A DNA stretch of 64,000 nt from Candidatus Woesearchaeota archaeon (GTDB lineage Archaea; Nanobdellota; Nanobdellia; Pacearchaeales; GW2011-AR1), in assembly GCA_964385425.1 (NCBI GenBank), contig CAYLOQ010000001.1, positions 86,602 through 150,601 of the forward strand. The letters are read 5' to 3'. The notes under the pieces are model-generated. The model was not told where the DNA came from, ran no database searches, and saw only the letters and a list, made by a program, of their open reading frames with translations. Below are positions 35,274-46,102 of this stretch, in pieces (positions within the stretch are counted from its first letter, which is position 1; each line of letters begins with the position of its first letter). Both the position numbers and the translations under genes were made by a program.

Positions 35274-36584
35274 ATGCCCTATGATATAACTATTGGAAGA
35301 AACGAAGCCGATAAAAAGAGTTTCGGTGATCGTGGTTTAATATCTCTTGGAAAAGGTTATGTAAGAATGGGTCAATATACCTCCTTGAGCAACCAAATCC
35401 TGATGGATATTGCGAGGAGCCACGTAGTCCTCATTGCAGGAAAAAGGGGTTCTGGAAAATCTTATACACTGGGAGTAATTGCGGAAGAACTTTCAAACCT
35501 TCCTGTAGAAACCAGTCAAAATATAGCTTCTTTAATTTTCGATACAATGGGAATCTATTGGACAATGAAATTTAAGAACGAAAAAGACAAATCCCTTTTG
35601 AGCGAATGGAACCTCAAGCCAAGAAATATCCCTATAAAAGTTTTTGTTCCGTTCGGCCACTACGATGAATATCTGGAAAAAGGGATTCCTGCTGACGAAG
35701 CTTTTGCTCTAGATGTCACAGAATTAGATCCAGAAGATTGGATTCTAACTTTTGGACTAGACCTGATACACCCTGTATCTGTATTAATTCAGAGGACTTT
35801 AACTAAACTTAAGGTAGAGGGAGACTTTGATATCGATGAAATAATCTACCTTCTAGAGAGAGACGAGAAAAACCCCAGAGAGATTAAGAATGCCGCAATA
35901 GGGCTTTTCGAGGCAGCAAACACCTGGGGAATATTTGCAAAAAAGGGTAAAGAAGCAACACAAGTAAAAAACCTAATTTCTGCCGGAACCACGTCTGTTT
36001 TAGATCTAAGTATCTATAATGCTGTTGGTGCATTTAACATAAGAGCACTAGTTATCAGTCTAATCTCAAGAAAAATTTTCAATCAGAGGATGGCTTCAAG
36101 AAAAAAGGAAGAAGTAAAAGCCGTGTCTCGTGGTCTTGACTTCTTGTCTGGGACAGAAAAGAAAGAAGAACCTCTTGTCTGGATTTTTATAGATGAAGCC
36201 CATGAATTTCTTCCCTTGAATGAAAAAACAATTGCGACAGATGCTCTAATCCAACTCCTAAGAGAAGGGAGACAGCCCGGAATCTCTTTAGTTTTAGCTA
36301 CGCAACAACCAGGACAGATCCACAGAGATGTTATGACACAATCAGACATTGTAATTGCTCATAGAGTCACATCCAAGCCAGATCTTGAAGCCCTTAATTA
36401 CATAATGCAATCTTATCTCCTAGAAAGCATAAAGAAATATATCGACGATCTTCCCACGCTAAAAGGGAGTGCAATAATTCTCGATGATAATTCAGAAAGG
36501 ATATATCCAATGAGAATAAGACCAAGATTCACCTGGCACGGTGGTGAAGCTCCAACAGCCATCAAGGCAGAGAAGAAGTTATAA
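35274..36584 (+). CDS. HerA/FtsK-superfamily (DUF87-like) P-loop ATPase
   Basis: Walker A (VLIAGKRGSGKSYTLG) and Walker B (WIFIDEAHEFL) motifs, plus a downstream VLATQQPGQI...VIAHRVTS block. Confidence 0.55.
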   Translation: MPYDITIGRNEADKKSFGDRGLISLGKGYVRMGQYTSLSNQILMDIARSHVVLIAGKRGSGKSYTLGVIAEELSNLPVETSQNIASLIFDTMGIYWTMKFKNEKDKSLLSEWNLKPRNIPIKVFVPFGHYDEYLEKGIPADEAFALDVTELDPEDWILTFGLDLIHPVSVLIQRTLTKLKVEGDFDIDEIIYLLERDEKNPREIKNAAIGLFEAANTWGIFAKKGKEATQVKNLISAGTTSVLDLSIYNAVGAFNIRALVISLISRKIFNQRMASRKKEEVKAVSRGLDFLSGTEKKEEPLVWIFIDEAHEFLPLNEKTIATDALIQLLREGRQPGISLVLATQQPGQIHRDVMTQSDIVIAHRVTSKPDLEALNYIMQSYLLESIKKYIDDLPTLKGSAIILDDNSERIYPMRIRPRFTWHGGEAPTAIKAEKKL

Positions 36585-37370
36585 AACCCTAAAATCAACC
36601 CTAACTCTAATTTGATAAGGGGCAATTTCTCCAGCTTTCTTAATTCTTAAAATTTTAATCTTCTTCCTGGCTTTCTTCGCCTCTGCTTTTATCTTTTCAA
36701 CAACTAAACCAATCTCATCATCCTTACAAAAATCATAATAAAACACCTTAGTTCCTTTTTTACTCAGAATAAATGCTTGCTGTAAAAAACTATCTTTTAG
36801 TTTTGGTCTAGGCATTACAATTACTTCGAATTTTTCTTTCAACTTTCCTGCAAACCTCTTAACATCCCCCTGAATTAATTCAACCTTATCTTTCACCTTA
36901 TTTAATTCTACATTTAATTTTGCGTATTTATTTGCTTCCCTATTTATCTCAACAGAAACAACCTTTCCTGCCTTAGAGTTTTTGGCAATCACAATTGAAT
37001 AAGGAGCTACACCTGCGAACATCACGAGAACCACATTTCCTTTCTTTACTTTCCCTGCAATCTCCTTCCTTTCATTACTCAACCTAGGAGAAAAATAAGT
37101 TGAATCCAAATTAAAACGAAAAACACAATTATTCTCTCGATACAAAACCTCCTTGGTTTTTTCTCCTGCAAGATATTTTGTTGTCTGCTTTCTAAGCCTG
37201 CCCTGGAATTTTCCAGTCTTCTCTAAAACAGTCTTAACAGATTTATTTTCTTTTAAAATTTTATTTGCAAACTGTTTTTTATCTCTGACTTTTGTTAATT
37301 TCGGAAACTTCACAATAGCTATATTTCCTAAAATATCGTAAGCTCTTTGTCTCATAAAATAAAGAAACAA
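36579..37370 (-). CDS. Trm5/TYW2-family SAM-dependent tRNA methyltransferase (m1G37-like)
   Basis: Motifs VLVMFAGVAPYSIVIAK (motif I), VVSVEINREANKYAKLNVELNKV, and ELIQGDVKRF match the Met-10+/Trm5 family. Confidence 0.55.
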   Translation of the reverse strand: MFLYFMRQRAYDILGNIAIVKFPKLTKVRDKKQFANKILKENKSVKTVLEKTGKFQGRLRKQTTKYLAGEKTKEVLYRENNCVFRFNLDSTYFSPRLSNERKEIAGKVKKGNVVLVMFAGVAPYSIVIAKNSKAGKVVSVEINREANKYAKLNVELNKVKDKVELIQGDVKRFAGKLKEKFEVIVMPRPKLKDSFLQQAFILSKKGTKVFYYDFCKDDEIGLVVEKIKAEAKKARKKIKILRIKKAGEIAPYQIRVRVDFRVL

Positions 37371-37426
37371 AAATACAATTTAAAACTTGTGGAAAGATTT
37401 AAAAAAATGATTTTCTTAATGGAGAT

Positions 37427-37780
37427 ATGAACAGAAGAGGACTAATCGGTTTTATCAAAGGTCTTTTATTTTTTGGAGGACTTGCACTAATCGGTCTTGG
37501 CTTCACAGAGCTTTTATCTAAATTTAATCCCTTACTTGGTTTTGTATCGAATGAAATACTCTCTATTGTTATAGGTGCTTTATTGGTCTTATTCGTGCTC
37601 TGGAGATTTCTGGCTAATAGGAAGAAAAGAAAACTAGCTATGGTTAATACCGAAGTGGGGGAACCAGCTGTTTTACCAAAAAGAGAAAGGGGAAGATTTG
37701 GGGAAAGAAGACCCGTAAATACAGAAATTTTGAAAAACATAAATACTGTTAAAAAATTGAGAGAACTGGAAGGAACATAA
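37427..37780 (+). CDS. Small membrane protein
   Basis: Two TM helices followed by a basic tail; 117 aa. Confidence 0.35.
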   Translation: MNRRGLIGFIKGLLFFGGLALIGLGFTELLSKFNPLLGFVSNEILSIVIGALLVLFVLWRFLANRKKRKLAMVNTEVGEPAVLPKRERGRFGERRPVNTEILKNINTVKKLRELEGT

Positions 37781-37809
37781 ATAAAATAATTATTTCTAAA
37801 AAAGATTAA

Positions 37810-38952
37810 TTAAGGCCCTGCACCCGGTGGTGCTGCTCCTGGCGTGAATCCTGGTCCCGGTCCTGGTCCTCTTGGTATTCGTCTAACATAATCTCTAGCT
37901 TTTGTATAGCCCAAATTTGCTGCTCCTTTTAATTGTTCTCCAGAAAAAACAAGAAGAATCCCTGTTACAAAATAAAACCCAGGCCCAAACACATCCCCTA
38001 TCTCTGGAGCAAAAGAGGTAAGATTATTAAAGAAGTCTATAACCGGAAGAAGTATAAGATCGTTCAAAAAGTCAAAAAAGATTATTCCAATTTCAGAGAA
38101 AGAGAGAAGAATAGCTAAGGAAGCTAAAAGAAAACCAATAACCTTCACATTAGGCGGAAATTCCCCGGGATTCTTTATTATTCTCTCAAATATATAAAAT
38201 CCAGAGAGAACTGAAAGAATTCCTAAAACAAGAGCGAGCCAAGAGATCCCAAAAAAATCATAGAGATCAAAAAAACCTATGAAAATAGTAATTAATCCTT
38301 CATTGATTCTAGTTGCAACAGGAGGCAATGTAAATAAAGGTAGAAGAACACCCAAAAACTTAGGGAGAATTCCTTTCACCTTCCACAACAAAAAGATTCC
38401 CATTAAAAGAGCTATTATAAAAAGAAAATAATTTGGATTTACCGCTCCAAATTTCTGAAGAACATTTGATATTCCAGAAGTTCCCCCACTTATCGAACCT
38501 GTAGTAATCCCTGCCAACAGAAGCAAAGCTCCGAGTATCTTATGGAGAACACCAACTCCAAATAATACCAAGAAAATCCCAAAAATTAATAGCAAAAAGG
38601 GTTTCCATACGGAATCATCCGCAATACCTGGAGTATCTCCTGCCAGACCAATCAAGGTAGAAATAAAACCACCACCCTTGACAAATATCAATAAGAACAA
38701 TAAAATAGCCGAGAAGAATATCACAAGGATTAAGAAGATCAATCTCCAATCAGACCATATTCTCTGAAGGAAAGTTTGAAATCCCCCTCCTCCAGAAGAC
38801 CTAAGATATTGAGCAGTAAAGATTATTATCCCTAAAACAAGTAAAATTAGAACCCCATAAAATGCAAATTTTATCAAACCTAAACCCCCCATAATCATTA
38901 AGATGACTCCTATAAAAATCGTCACACCCCTCGGATTTCCCACAAAAGCCAT
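37810..38952 (-). CDS. Polytopic integral membrane protein with a GPGPG/Pro-Gly C-terminal tail
   Basis: At least 10 hydrophobic helices; the C-terminus is RGPGPGPGFTPGAAPPGAGP. Confidence 0.5.
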   Translation of the reverse strand: MAFVGNPRGVTIFIGVILMIMGGLGLIKFAFYGVLILLVLGIIIFTAQYLRSSGGGGFQTFLQRIWSDWRLIFLILVIFFSAILLFLLIFVKGGGFISTLIGLAGDTPGIADDSVWKPFLLLIFGIFLVLFGVGVLHKILGALLLLAGITTGSISGGTSGISNVLQKFGAVNPNYFLFIIALLMGIFLLWKVKGILPKFLGVLLPLFTLPPVATRINEGLITIFIGFFDLYDFFGISWLALVLGILSVLSGFYIFERIIKNPGEFPPNVKVIGFLLASLAILLSFSEIGIIFFDFLNDLILLPVIDFFNNLTSFAPEIGDVFGPGFYFVTGILLVFSGEQLKGAANLGYTKARDYVRRIPRGPGPGPGFTPGAAPPGAGP

Positions 38953-39039
38953 TTTCTTTTCTTTAATAAAACCCCAAAGAACTTTATAAAGATTTCTTTA
39001 CAAAGATACATTTATAAAAAACACCCCCTTAATCCAATT

Positions 39040-39444
39040 ATGCGGATTAAGAAACAAATATTAATGCCGATTACCGCATTATTCTTAATAAATTTTGTAA
39101 GTGCGTCTTTTCACTACTATAACCGTTTTTCTTTGAGGGAATTGTTATACAGGATAGATTCTTCAACAATGTTCCTAGGTGTCATGTTTATAATCTCATT
39201 TGCACTTATTTTCATGAGTTTATCTAGAGTTTTAAAAGACCCATATGGGAGACCGAACACAACTATTGCAGCTGTTATTGCTCTTTCAATTTCTGGATTG
39301 ATAATATATAGCCTTAATAGAACCTATATCGATGTTGAATATTTTTTCTATAAGATTTATTATTCTGGTTATTTTTTTGGGGTAGCCGGCATATTGCTTT
39401 TTGTTCTTATAATTTATCTTATTTCAAAATTAGTTAAAAAATAA
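39040..39444 (+). CDS. Hypothetical membrane protein
   Basis: Four TM helices; 134 aa. Confidence 0.4.
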   Translation: MRIKKQILMPITALFLINFVSASFHYYNRFSLRELLYRIDSSTMFLGVMFIISFALIFMSLSRVLKDPYGRPNTTIAAVIALSISGLIIYSLNRTYIDVEYFFYKIYYSGYFFGVAGILLFVLIIYLISKLVKK

Positions 39445-39451
39445 CCATAAA

Positions 39452-40495
39452 TTAATCAAACCACCCTTCAAGATTTTTCTGTTTTTTCTTATCTGCTAAA
39501 TCCCTTAACTTATCCAACTGCTTATCAACCCTCTCTTCAGAGAAATCGTGTTCTTCAACCAGAATTTTCTTAATTTTCTCTTCATCAACCTTCTCGAAAT
39601 TGAAATCAGCATTAACTACATTTGGCTTATGAAAGAGTTCAAAAATTTCTTGCCAGTCAAACCTATCTTCTTCCTTAAGAATCATGAGCTGTTCTTCAAC
39701 ACTCTTAAAAATCAGGACAGGCTGCTTATAGGTCTTAACAATTTGTAATGCTCTTTTCTGCCCTATTCCTGGAAGCCCCTTAGGATTGTAATCTGTTCCT
39801 ACAAGTATGCCTAAACATATCAGCTGATCTAGATTTATTTCTAAAAAATTCAAAACTTTCTCTAACTCTATCAACTCTGGCCTTGTTTCAACCCAACCAG
39901 TTACAGTTTTCCTTTTCCTTGAAAGAGCAAGATTTCTGATAAGTATTGGTGCACCAAACAGCAGACTATCATAATCCTGACTCACGCTTGCATAAACATC
40001 TGATTTAACCCTTGATAAGTACGCTGCCTCTGCTTCTCCTTCTCCAGGTGCCTGCACGACAGCCACACCCATTGCTTCTAAAAGTTCTTTACTCTCTTCA
40101 ATCATTTCCTCATCTAGCCTTATGAGCTGACTGCCATATCTCCTCATTGCTTCGAAATCTTCTTCTTGTTTTGCTCCTTCATACCTCCCCCGTGCAAGTT
40201 CTCTCCCTTCTTCCCTGATTTTATGAGTTCCTTTTTTCTGCTCAGGCGGCTTTCCATCAAAAACATAAACTAGTTTTATTCCTTCTGCCAAAAGATTAAT
40301 GTTTCTATAAAAAATTCCAGAAAGATGGCTGGTAACCCTCTTCTTATTATCCATTAATGGTGTTGAATCTGGCTGTCTGATGGTGGACAAAAACTGATAG
40401 AGCATATTGTAAGCGTCCACACAAACAAGTTTCCCATTCAATTCAGATATTTCTATCTCTCTACGCGGAATTATCTCCCTAATGTTTAATCCCAT
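39452..40495 (-). CDS. fen: Flap endonuclease 1
   Basis: N-terminal XPG-N domain (MGLNIREIIPRREIEISELNGKLVCVDAYNMLYQFL), XPG-I/H3TH region, and C-terminal PIP-like tail (NLEGWFD). Confidence 0.85.
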   Translation of the reverse strand: MGLNIREIIPRREIEISELNGKLVCVDAYNMLYQFLSTIRQPDSTPLMDNKKRVTSHLSGIFYRNINLLAEGIKLVYVFDGKPPEQKKGTHKIREEGRELARGRYEGAKQEEDFEAMRRYGSQLIRLDEEMIEESKELLEAMGVAVVQAPGEGEAEAAYLSRVKSDVYASVSQDYDSLLFGAPILIRNLALSRKRKTVTGWVETRPELIELEKVLNFLEINLDQLICLGILVGTDYNPKGLPGIGQKRALQIVKTYKQPVLIFKSVEEQLMILKEEDRFDWQEIFELFHKPNVVNADFNFEKVDEEKIKKILVEEHDFSEERVDKQLDKLRDLADKKKQKNLEGWFD

Positions 40496-40538
40496 TTGTC
40501 TTATATATTATAGATACAAGAAATATAAATAATTATGG

Positions 40539-41024
40539 TTAATTTAATTTAACTTTTAAAACAGGAGAATCTTCTGGGAATAATTTCAATAAGGGTGAAT
40601 TTTCAGGAAGTCCATCTATTTGAATACAAACTCTTTCATTTAGCCGATCTCTCTCAAATCCCTGTTTCATTTCTCTAAGAGTTCCTATATTTCTAAGTAT
40701 GGCTCTTTCATAATGATCAAATTGATCAACTATTCCAGAAGAACTTGCTAGAAGTCTTTCTGCTACCCTATATAATTGCCTTTCAGAAACATCTTCAACA
40801 GGGACCCAATTAAGGGTACTATAACAAACATGGACGAGTCTCAATTGATCGTCATAGGGCATAGCCTCCATATTTACTCCATGAAACATTCTATCAATTT
40901 CAATTGCTCGTCTTACACTTCTAACAGGCAGTTCTCCTATACTCTTTACCATAAAATAACCTTCAAATAAGGATATATAAAGCTTACTGATATCAAGATT
41001 TAAATAATTAAAACTCTTTTTCAT
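40539..41024 (-). CDS. Hypothetical protein between fen and polB (replication context)
   Basis: 161-aa ORF with no motif, positioned between two replication genes. Confidence 0.35.
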   Translation of the reverse strand: MKKSFNYLNLDISKLYISLFEGYFMVKSIGELPVRSVRRAIEIDRMFHGVNMEAMPYDDQLRLVHVCYSTLNWVPVEDVSERQLYRVAERLLASSSGIVDQFDHYERAILRNIGTLREMKQGFERDRLNERVCIQIDGLPENSPLLKLFPEDSPVLKVKLN

Positions 41025-41027
41025 AGA

Positions 41028-43517
41028 ATGATAACCTTGGATTTCATCCCGATAGATTATGACTATTTTGACTTTGAAGGAAGGAACTATGCAAAGATTA
41101 TCGGAAGAAATAGCAATGGAAAAAGGGTCTGTGTAATTGATTCCTGTCCTGTATATCTCTGGGCTATCTTAAAAAGCGGATTAAAACAAGGTAAGATAAA
41201 CAAACTTATCAAAAAAATAAAAAAGATAAAACTGGACTCCAAGGGAAGGCAGACAAAAGTTGAAGATGTGGAATTACACGAGAAAAATTTCATGGGTAAG
41301 AAGGTGGAGGCACTCAAGGTATTCGCCACAAACTACAAAGATTTACATGATATTGCCGATAAACTGGGGATAAGTGAGATAAAAAACAGGAGGGGATATG
41401 ATTTAGGTTTTATAACTCATTACATAATAGAGAAAAAGATAAACCCGCTCTGTTGGTATGAAATCTCTGGATCTGTGTTAAACAATTCTCAAGAGTTTGG
41501 GGGAGTTGATATGGGATTGGATGTTGATCTCTGTATAAAACTATCATCGTCAAAGAAGATAGCCGATGCCGACAAAAGACTGGGATTCAAACCAAAAACG
41601 ATGGCCTATGATATCGAAACAGATGATTTAAAAATTGGGGAAGGAGAAATTTTAATGATATCTCTTGTCTCAGAAGATTTCAAAAAAGTAATAACCTGGA
41701 AAACAAGTGCTGGAAAAAAACCAGGCTTTGTAGAGTATGTGAAGGACGAAGCAGAATTACTAGAGAAATTCGTGGAATATGTAAGGGAGGTTTCCCCTGA
41801 CTTCCTTGTTGGATATTTCTCAGATGGCTTTGACCTCCCATATATAAAAGCAAGAGCTGAAAAACACAGGGTGGATTTAGCCCTAGGTTTAGATGACAGC
41901 CAGCCAAGATTCTCTAGAGGGGTAAACCTCACTGGAAAAATCAAGGGAATCGTCCATGTGGATATTCTAAAATTCATAAGAACTGCATATTCACAATACA
42001 TGCAATCAGAAACCCTTTCTCTTAACGAAGTATCCAAAGAATTTTTAGGGGACACCAAAAAGGAGTTTAAGATAAAACATTCTTCAAAGCTACACGATAA
42101 TGACTGGGAAGAATATTATGAGTATAACTTACACGATTCTATTTTAACTCTCGGTTTGTTTGAAAAGTTCTGGCCAGATCTTGTAGAATTCTCAAGAGTA
42201 ATACAGGAACCTATTTTTGATATCTCCAGAAACGGCCTTTCCAAACAAGTAGAAGGTTATATTTTACATAATCTAGAAAGGTTCAACGAGATTCCAGAAA
42301 AAAGACCAACCCATGAGGAAATAGGAGAGAGAAGACACAGGGAAAAAGTAGAGGGAGCATTTGTCCTGGAACCCCGGCCAGGACTCTATGAAGAAATAGC
42401 TATGTTTGATTTTACCTCAATGCATACCAGCATAATAATCTCCATGAATATATCAAAATCAACCCTTCTCCATAAAAAAGAAAAAAATGCTTATGAGTCC
42501 CCTGAACTAGAATTAAAAGGAGAAAAAACAAGGTTTTATTTTTCAAAAAAACAAGGGTTCATCCCTTCCTTACTCAAAGATATTTTGGAAAAAAGGAGGA
42601 AGTTCAAGGACGAATACAAAAAAAATCCAAACCAAATAACTTTGGCAAGAAGCAATGCATTCAAACTTCTTTCTGCCTCTGTCCACGGCTATATTGGATT
42701 CTTTGGTGCTAGGTATTATTCCATAGAATCAGCTGCATCAATATTAGCCTTTGTCAGAAAATTTAACAAAGAAATAATAGATAAGGTGAGGAAAGCAGGC
42801 CACGAAGTTATTTATGGGGACACAGACAGTATTGCGTTTTTAATTGGAAGAAAAACAAAAACAGATGTAAAAAAACTCCTAGAAAAACTCAATTCAGAGC
42901 TTCCAGGAGTAATGGAACTAGAATTAGAAGACTTTTACAAAAGAGGGATCTGGGTAACAAAAAGGACAGGGACACTTGGAGCAAAAAAGAAATACGCTTT
43001 AATAGGAAGAGATAAGAAAATAAAAATAAGGGGATTTGAAACAGTCAGGAGGGACTGGTGCGCCTTGGCCAGAAATGTCCAGAATAAAGTGATACGATTG
43101 ATCTTATCAGATGGAAACGAAAAAAAAGCCCTAAAATATGTAAAGGATATAACTAAAAAACTCAAAAATAGGGAGATAAACAGAGAAGATCTAATAATAA
43201 AAACAGTTCTTCAAAAACCACTTTCAGAGTACAAAGCAATCTCACCACATGTAATTGCTGCACGAAAGATGCTAGAAAAACAAATCCCAATAGGTCAAGG
43301 TAGCCTCATAGAATATTTTATAGCTGAAACCAGAGATAAGAAAAAGAAACTTGTAAGGGATAAGGTAAAGCTCCCGGAAGAAAAGGGGGAATATGACATA
43401 AATTATTACTTGGATAGACAAATTCTTCCTGCGGTTGAAAATATTTTTCAAGTTTTTGACATAAATACCAGAGAAGTCATTGAAGGAAAAAAGCAAATGA
43501 AGTTGGGTGATTTCTAA
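41028..43517 (+). CDS. polB: DNA polymerase B (family B replicative polymerase), no inteins
   Basis: Exo I motif (YDIETDD), Pol A motif (DFTSMHTSII), KxY region, and Pol C motif (VIYGDTDSIAFL); 829 aa. Confidence 0.9.
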   Translation: MITLDFIPIDYDYFDFEGRNYAKIIGRNSNGKRVCVIDSCPVYLWAILKSGLKQGKINKLIKKIKKIKLDSKGRQTKVEDVELHEKNFMGKKVEALKVFATNYKDLHDIADKLGISEIKNRRGYDLGFITHYIIEKKINPLCWYEISGSVLNNSQEFGGVDMGLDVDLCIKLSSSKKIADADKRLGFKPKTMAYDIETDDLKIGEGEILMISLVSEDFKKVITWKTSAGKKPGFVEYVKDEAELLEKFVEYVREVSPDFLVGYFSDGFDLPYIKARAEKHRVDLALGLDDSQPRFSRGVNLTGKIKGIVHVDILKFIRTAYSQYMQSETLSLNEVSKEFLGDTKKEFKIKHSSKLHDNDWEEYYEYNLHDSILTLGLFEKFWPDLVEFSRVIQEPIFDISRNGLSKQVEGYILHNLERFNEIPEKRPTHEEIGERRHREKVEGAFVLEPRPGLYEEIAMFDFTSMHTSIIISMNISKSTLLHKKEKNAYESPELELKGEKTRFYFSKKQGFIPSLLKDILEKRRKFKDEYKKNPNQITLARSNAFKLLSASVHGYIGFFGARYYSIESAASILAFVRKFNKEIIDKVRKAGHEVIYGDTDSIAFLIGRKTKTDVKKLLEKLNSELPGVMELELEDFYKRGIWVTKRTGTLGAKKKYALIGRDKKIKIRGFETVRRDWCALARNVQNKVIRLILSDGNEKKALKYVKDITKKLKNREINREDLIIKTVLQKPLSEYKAISPHVIAARKMLEKQIPIGQGSLIEYFIAETRDKKKKLVRDKVKLPEEKGEYDINYYLDRQILPAVENIFQVFDINTREVIEGKKQMKLGDF

Positions 43518-44125
43518 TGAAAACAAAAGAACTAATTCACGAATTAAAACACCATCTTCCACTTACAGCATCTGCGACTATTCTTGCCCTTGTCGTTGTA
43601 TTAATCATTGATTATTACCTAAAACAGAACTTATCTGAATCTTTTTTCGATATTTTACACCCCCTCCACATCTTTGCTTCTGCAATCGTTGCATCAACAA
43701 TTTTTTATAAATACAAACCAAAAATAATAAATGCGCTAGTGGTTGGAATAGTGGGAGCGATATTAATCGGAAGCTTTAGCGATGTTTTACTCCCTTGGGC
43801 TGGAGGAAATTTATTAGGTTTAAAGACTGTATTCCATCTTCCCTTGATAGAAAGCCCATATTTAATTCTGTTTTCAGCCCTTTTTGGAGGTGCTATAGGA
43901 ATAAAGACCAGAATAACTAAAATTCCTCATTTCGTCCATGTTTTCCTTTCTGTATTTGCAAGCCTGTTCTATTTGATAGCATTCAGCACAGGAATGACAG
44001 TCTTCCATTTTTTCGTGGCTTTTTTCATAGTATTGATTGCGGTGGTAATCCCTTGTTGTATAGGGGATATAATTCTCCCATTCTTCTTCCTCGGAAAGAA
44101 AATCAAAGGATGCAATTGCCAATGA
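43517..44125 (+). CDS. Hypothetical membrane protein (6 TM helices)
   Basis: 202 aa; hydrophobic throughout. Confidence 0.45.
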   Translation: MKTKELIHELKHHLPLTASATILALVVVLIIDYYLKQNLSESFFDILHPLHIFASAIVASTIFYKYKPKIINALVVGIVGAILIGSFSDVLLPWAGGNLLGLKTVFHLPLIESPYLILFSALFGGAIGIKTRITKIPHFVHVFLSVFASLFYLIAFSTGMTVFHFFVAFFIVLIAVVIPCCIGDIILPFFFLGKKIKGCNCQ

Positions 44126-45183
44126 ACCAAAAAAAAACTCCTGAACCAAAACCCCTCTTCGTTGAGAGGATGAAAGAACTTCTTGGAAATGATTTTGAAT
44201 CTTATCTAGAAATCTTAAAGCGAGAGCCTGTAAGATCTATCAGAGCAAACAAACTAAAGATTTCTCCAGAAGAATTAAAAAAAAGGCTGGAAAAAAAAGG
44301 CTGGAAAATAAATCAGCCATTTAAAGAACATAAAGAAATAATGGTTGTTGAAGGTAAGTCAATCAGCCATGAGCAGAAACTTGAAGGAAGGTTGAATGTT
44401 AAGGAAACCTTGGTTTCCTTACAGCCAGGAGAACTCGGAAGAACCCTTGAACACTTATTGGGTTATTATTATATCCAAGAATTGGCGAGCATGCTTCCAA
44501 TCATCGCCTTGAGACCAGAACCAAATCAATTAGTCTTAGATCTTTGCTCTGCTCCAGGAAGCAAGACAACGCAGATGGCTGCAGAGATGAGAAATACAGG
44601 GACTGTAATCGCAAATGAAATTAGTTTAAAGAGAATAAAAATTCTAGCATCAAACATGGAGAGGTGCGGTGTTATGAATGCGATAATAACAAAAAAAGAA
44701 GGCTTGGCTCTCTGTAAAAAACTGAAAGAAGCAAATCTAAAGGAGGTTGATGGTCAAGGAAACTTGGTTCCTTACCTGTTTGATAAAATTCTAGTAGATG
44801 CTCCTTGCTCTGGAGAAGGGACCCTAAGAAGCTCACCAAAAACATACAAAATGTGGAATATAAATACAATAAGAAAACTTTCAAGAATACAAAAAAGCCT
44901 TCTTCGTTCAGCCATTGATATTCTAAAACCAGGGGGAGAACTAGTTTACAGCACCTGCACACATTCACCAGAAGAAAACGAAGAAGTCATTGATTCTGTT
45001 TTGAAAGAATTTAGAAACAAGATAAAAATAGAACAAATTTCTCTTCCCGTGCAATCAAGACCCGGAATTAAAAAATGGAAGGATCGGGAGTACTTAGAAG
45101 ACGTTAAACTTGCCTGCAGGATTTATCCCCAAGACAACGATACAGAAGGATTTTTTATTGCCAAGTTTAGGAGGGTAAAATGA
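44110..45183 (+). CDS. NOL1/NOP2/Sun-family RNA m5C methyltransferase
   Basis: SAM motif LDLCSAPGSKTTQMA, catalytic motifs DAPCSGEGTLR and LVYSTCTHSPEENEEVI. The start is uncertain; the track ORF begins at 44053 and overlaps the upstream gene. Confidence 0.7.
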   Translation: MQLPMNQKKTPEPKPLFVERMKELLGNDFESYLEILKREPVRSIRANKLKISPEELKKRLEKKGWKINQPFKEHKEIMVVEGKSISHEQKLEGRLNVKETLVSLQPGELGRTLEHLLGYYYIQELASMLPIIALRPEPNQLVLDLCSAPGSKTTQMAAEMRNTGTVIANEISLKRIKILASNMERCGVMNAIITKKEGLALCKKLKEANLKEVDGQGNLVPYLFDKILVDAPCSGEGTLRSSPKTYKMWNINTIRKLSRIQKSLLRSAIDILKPGGELVYSTCTHSPEENEEVIDSVLKEFRNKIKIEQISLPVQSRPGIKKWKDREYLEDVKLACRIYPQDNDTEGFFIAKFRRVK

Positions 45184-45698
45184 ACTACAATAAGATTCTC
45201 ATAGTTGGGGGAATAGGTTCTGGAAAAACTACTTTAGCAAATAAAATTACAAAAATTCTAAAGATAAGGAACTATGAAATAGATAATATTGCATATAAAA
45301 CTAGGGATGTCTGGGTTAAATCTGATTATCCAGAAAGAAAGAAAAAATTAAATAAAATCTTTAAAAGAAAAACCTGGATTCTTGAAGGCTTTTACTCAAC
45401 ACCTTGGACACACCCCATTTACAAAAAAGCTGATTTAGTAATAATCTTAGAGGTAAAAAAAACAAAAGCCAAAATTAGGGTGTTCAAAAGATTCTTAAAA
45501 AGAAAATTCCTCATGAAGAAAAATAAAAAAATTAATAAAAGTCTTAAAGGCATGATTAAAATTATTAAGCACATACATCTGGAGAGGTATGAGAAAAAGA
45601 TAAAGAGAATAAAAAGAGTATCCAAAAAACATTCTAAAAAATACATAATTTTAAAAAATAAAAAAGAAATAAAAGAATTCATCAAAAAATTAAAATGA
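45180..45698 (+). CDS. P-loop NTPase (FlaR/adenylate-kinase-like)
   Basis: Walker A motif ILIVGGIGSGKTTLANKI; 172 aa with a very basic C-terminus. Confidence 0.5.
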   Translation: MNYNKILIVGGIGSGKTTLANKITKILKIRNYEIDNIAYKTRDVWVKSDYPERKKKLNKIFKRKTWILEGFYSTPWTHPIYKKADLVIILEVKKTKAKIRVFKRFLKRKFLMKKNKKINKSLKGMIKIIKHIHLERYEKKIKRIKRVSKKHSKKYIILKNKKEIKEFIKKLK

Positions 45699-46102
45699 AA
45701 CCTGAAAAAAATCCTTATGAAAATCAAAAAGAAGTTTATGATAAATTTCTAGAATTTATATCCCCATTCTTAAAAGGAGAAGAAATAGAGGAAGCTTATT
45801 TATGGGGGAGTTTAGCAGATGGTACATTTGGAAGATATGTAGAAGAATATCACAATCGTCTAGTAAGTGATGTTGATTTGGTAATTTTTCTTAAAAAAGA
45901 TGCGAGCATACCAAAAACATGGAAAAACTTGAGAGATTACCATTCATGGTTCGATGTATATAAAAATAAAAAGTTCAGAAAATTTGAATATAGTGGAAGC
46001 CACCACCCTGTAGATTTATTAGTAGCGCATAAAGACAGAAGTATAAAAGATTTAGAAAAAGATAATGCTAAAGTTAATAAAAAGTTCAGAAAATTAAAAT
46101 GA
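45695..46102 (+). CDS. Minimal nucleotidyltransferase (Pol beta superfamily)
   Basis: Motif GS...SDVDLVIF (G[SG] followed by D-x-D); 135 aa. Confidence 0.55.
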   Translation: MKPEKNPYENQKEVYDKFLEFISPFLKGEEIEEAYLWGSLADGTFGRYVEEYHNRLVSDVDLVIFLKKDASIPKTWKNLRDYHSWFDVYKNKKFRKFEYSGSHHPVDLLVAHKDRSIKDLEKDNAKVNKKFRKLK

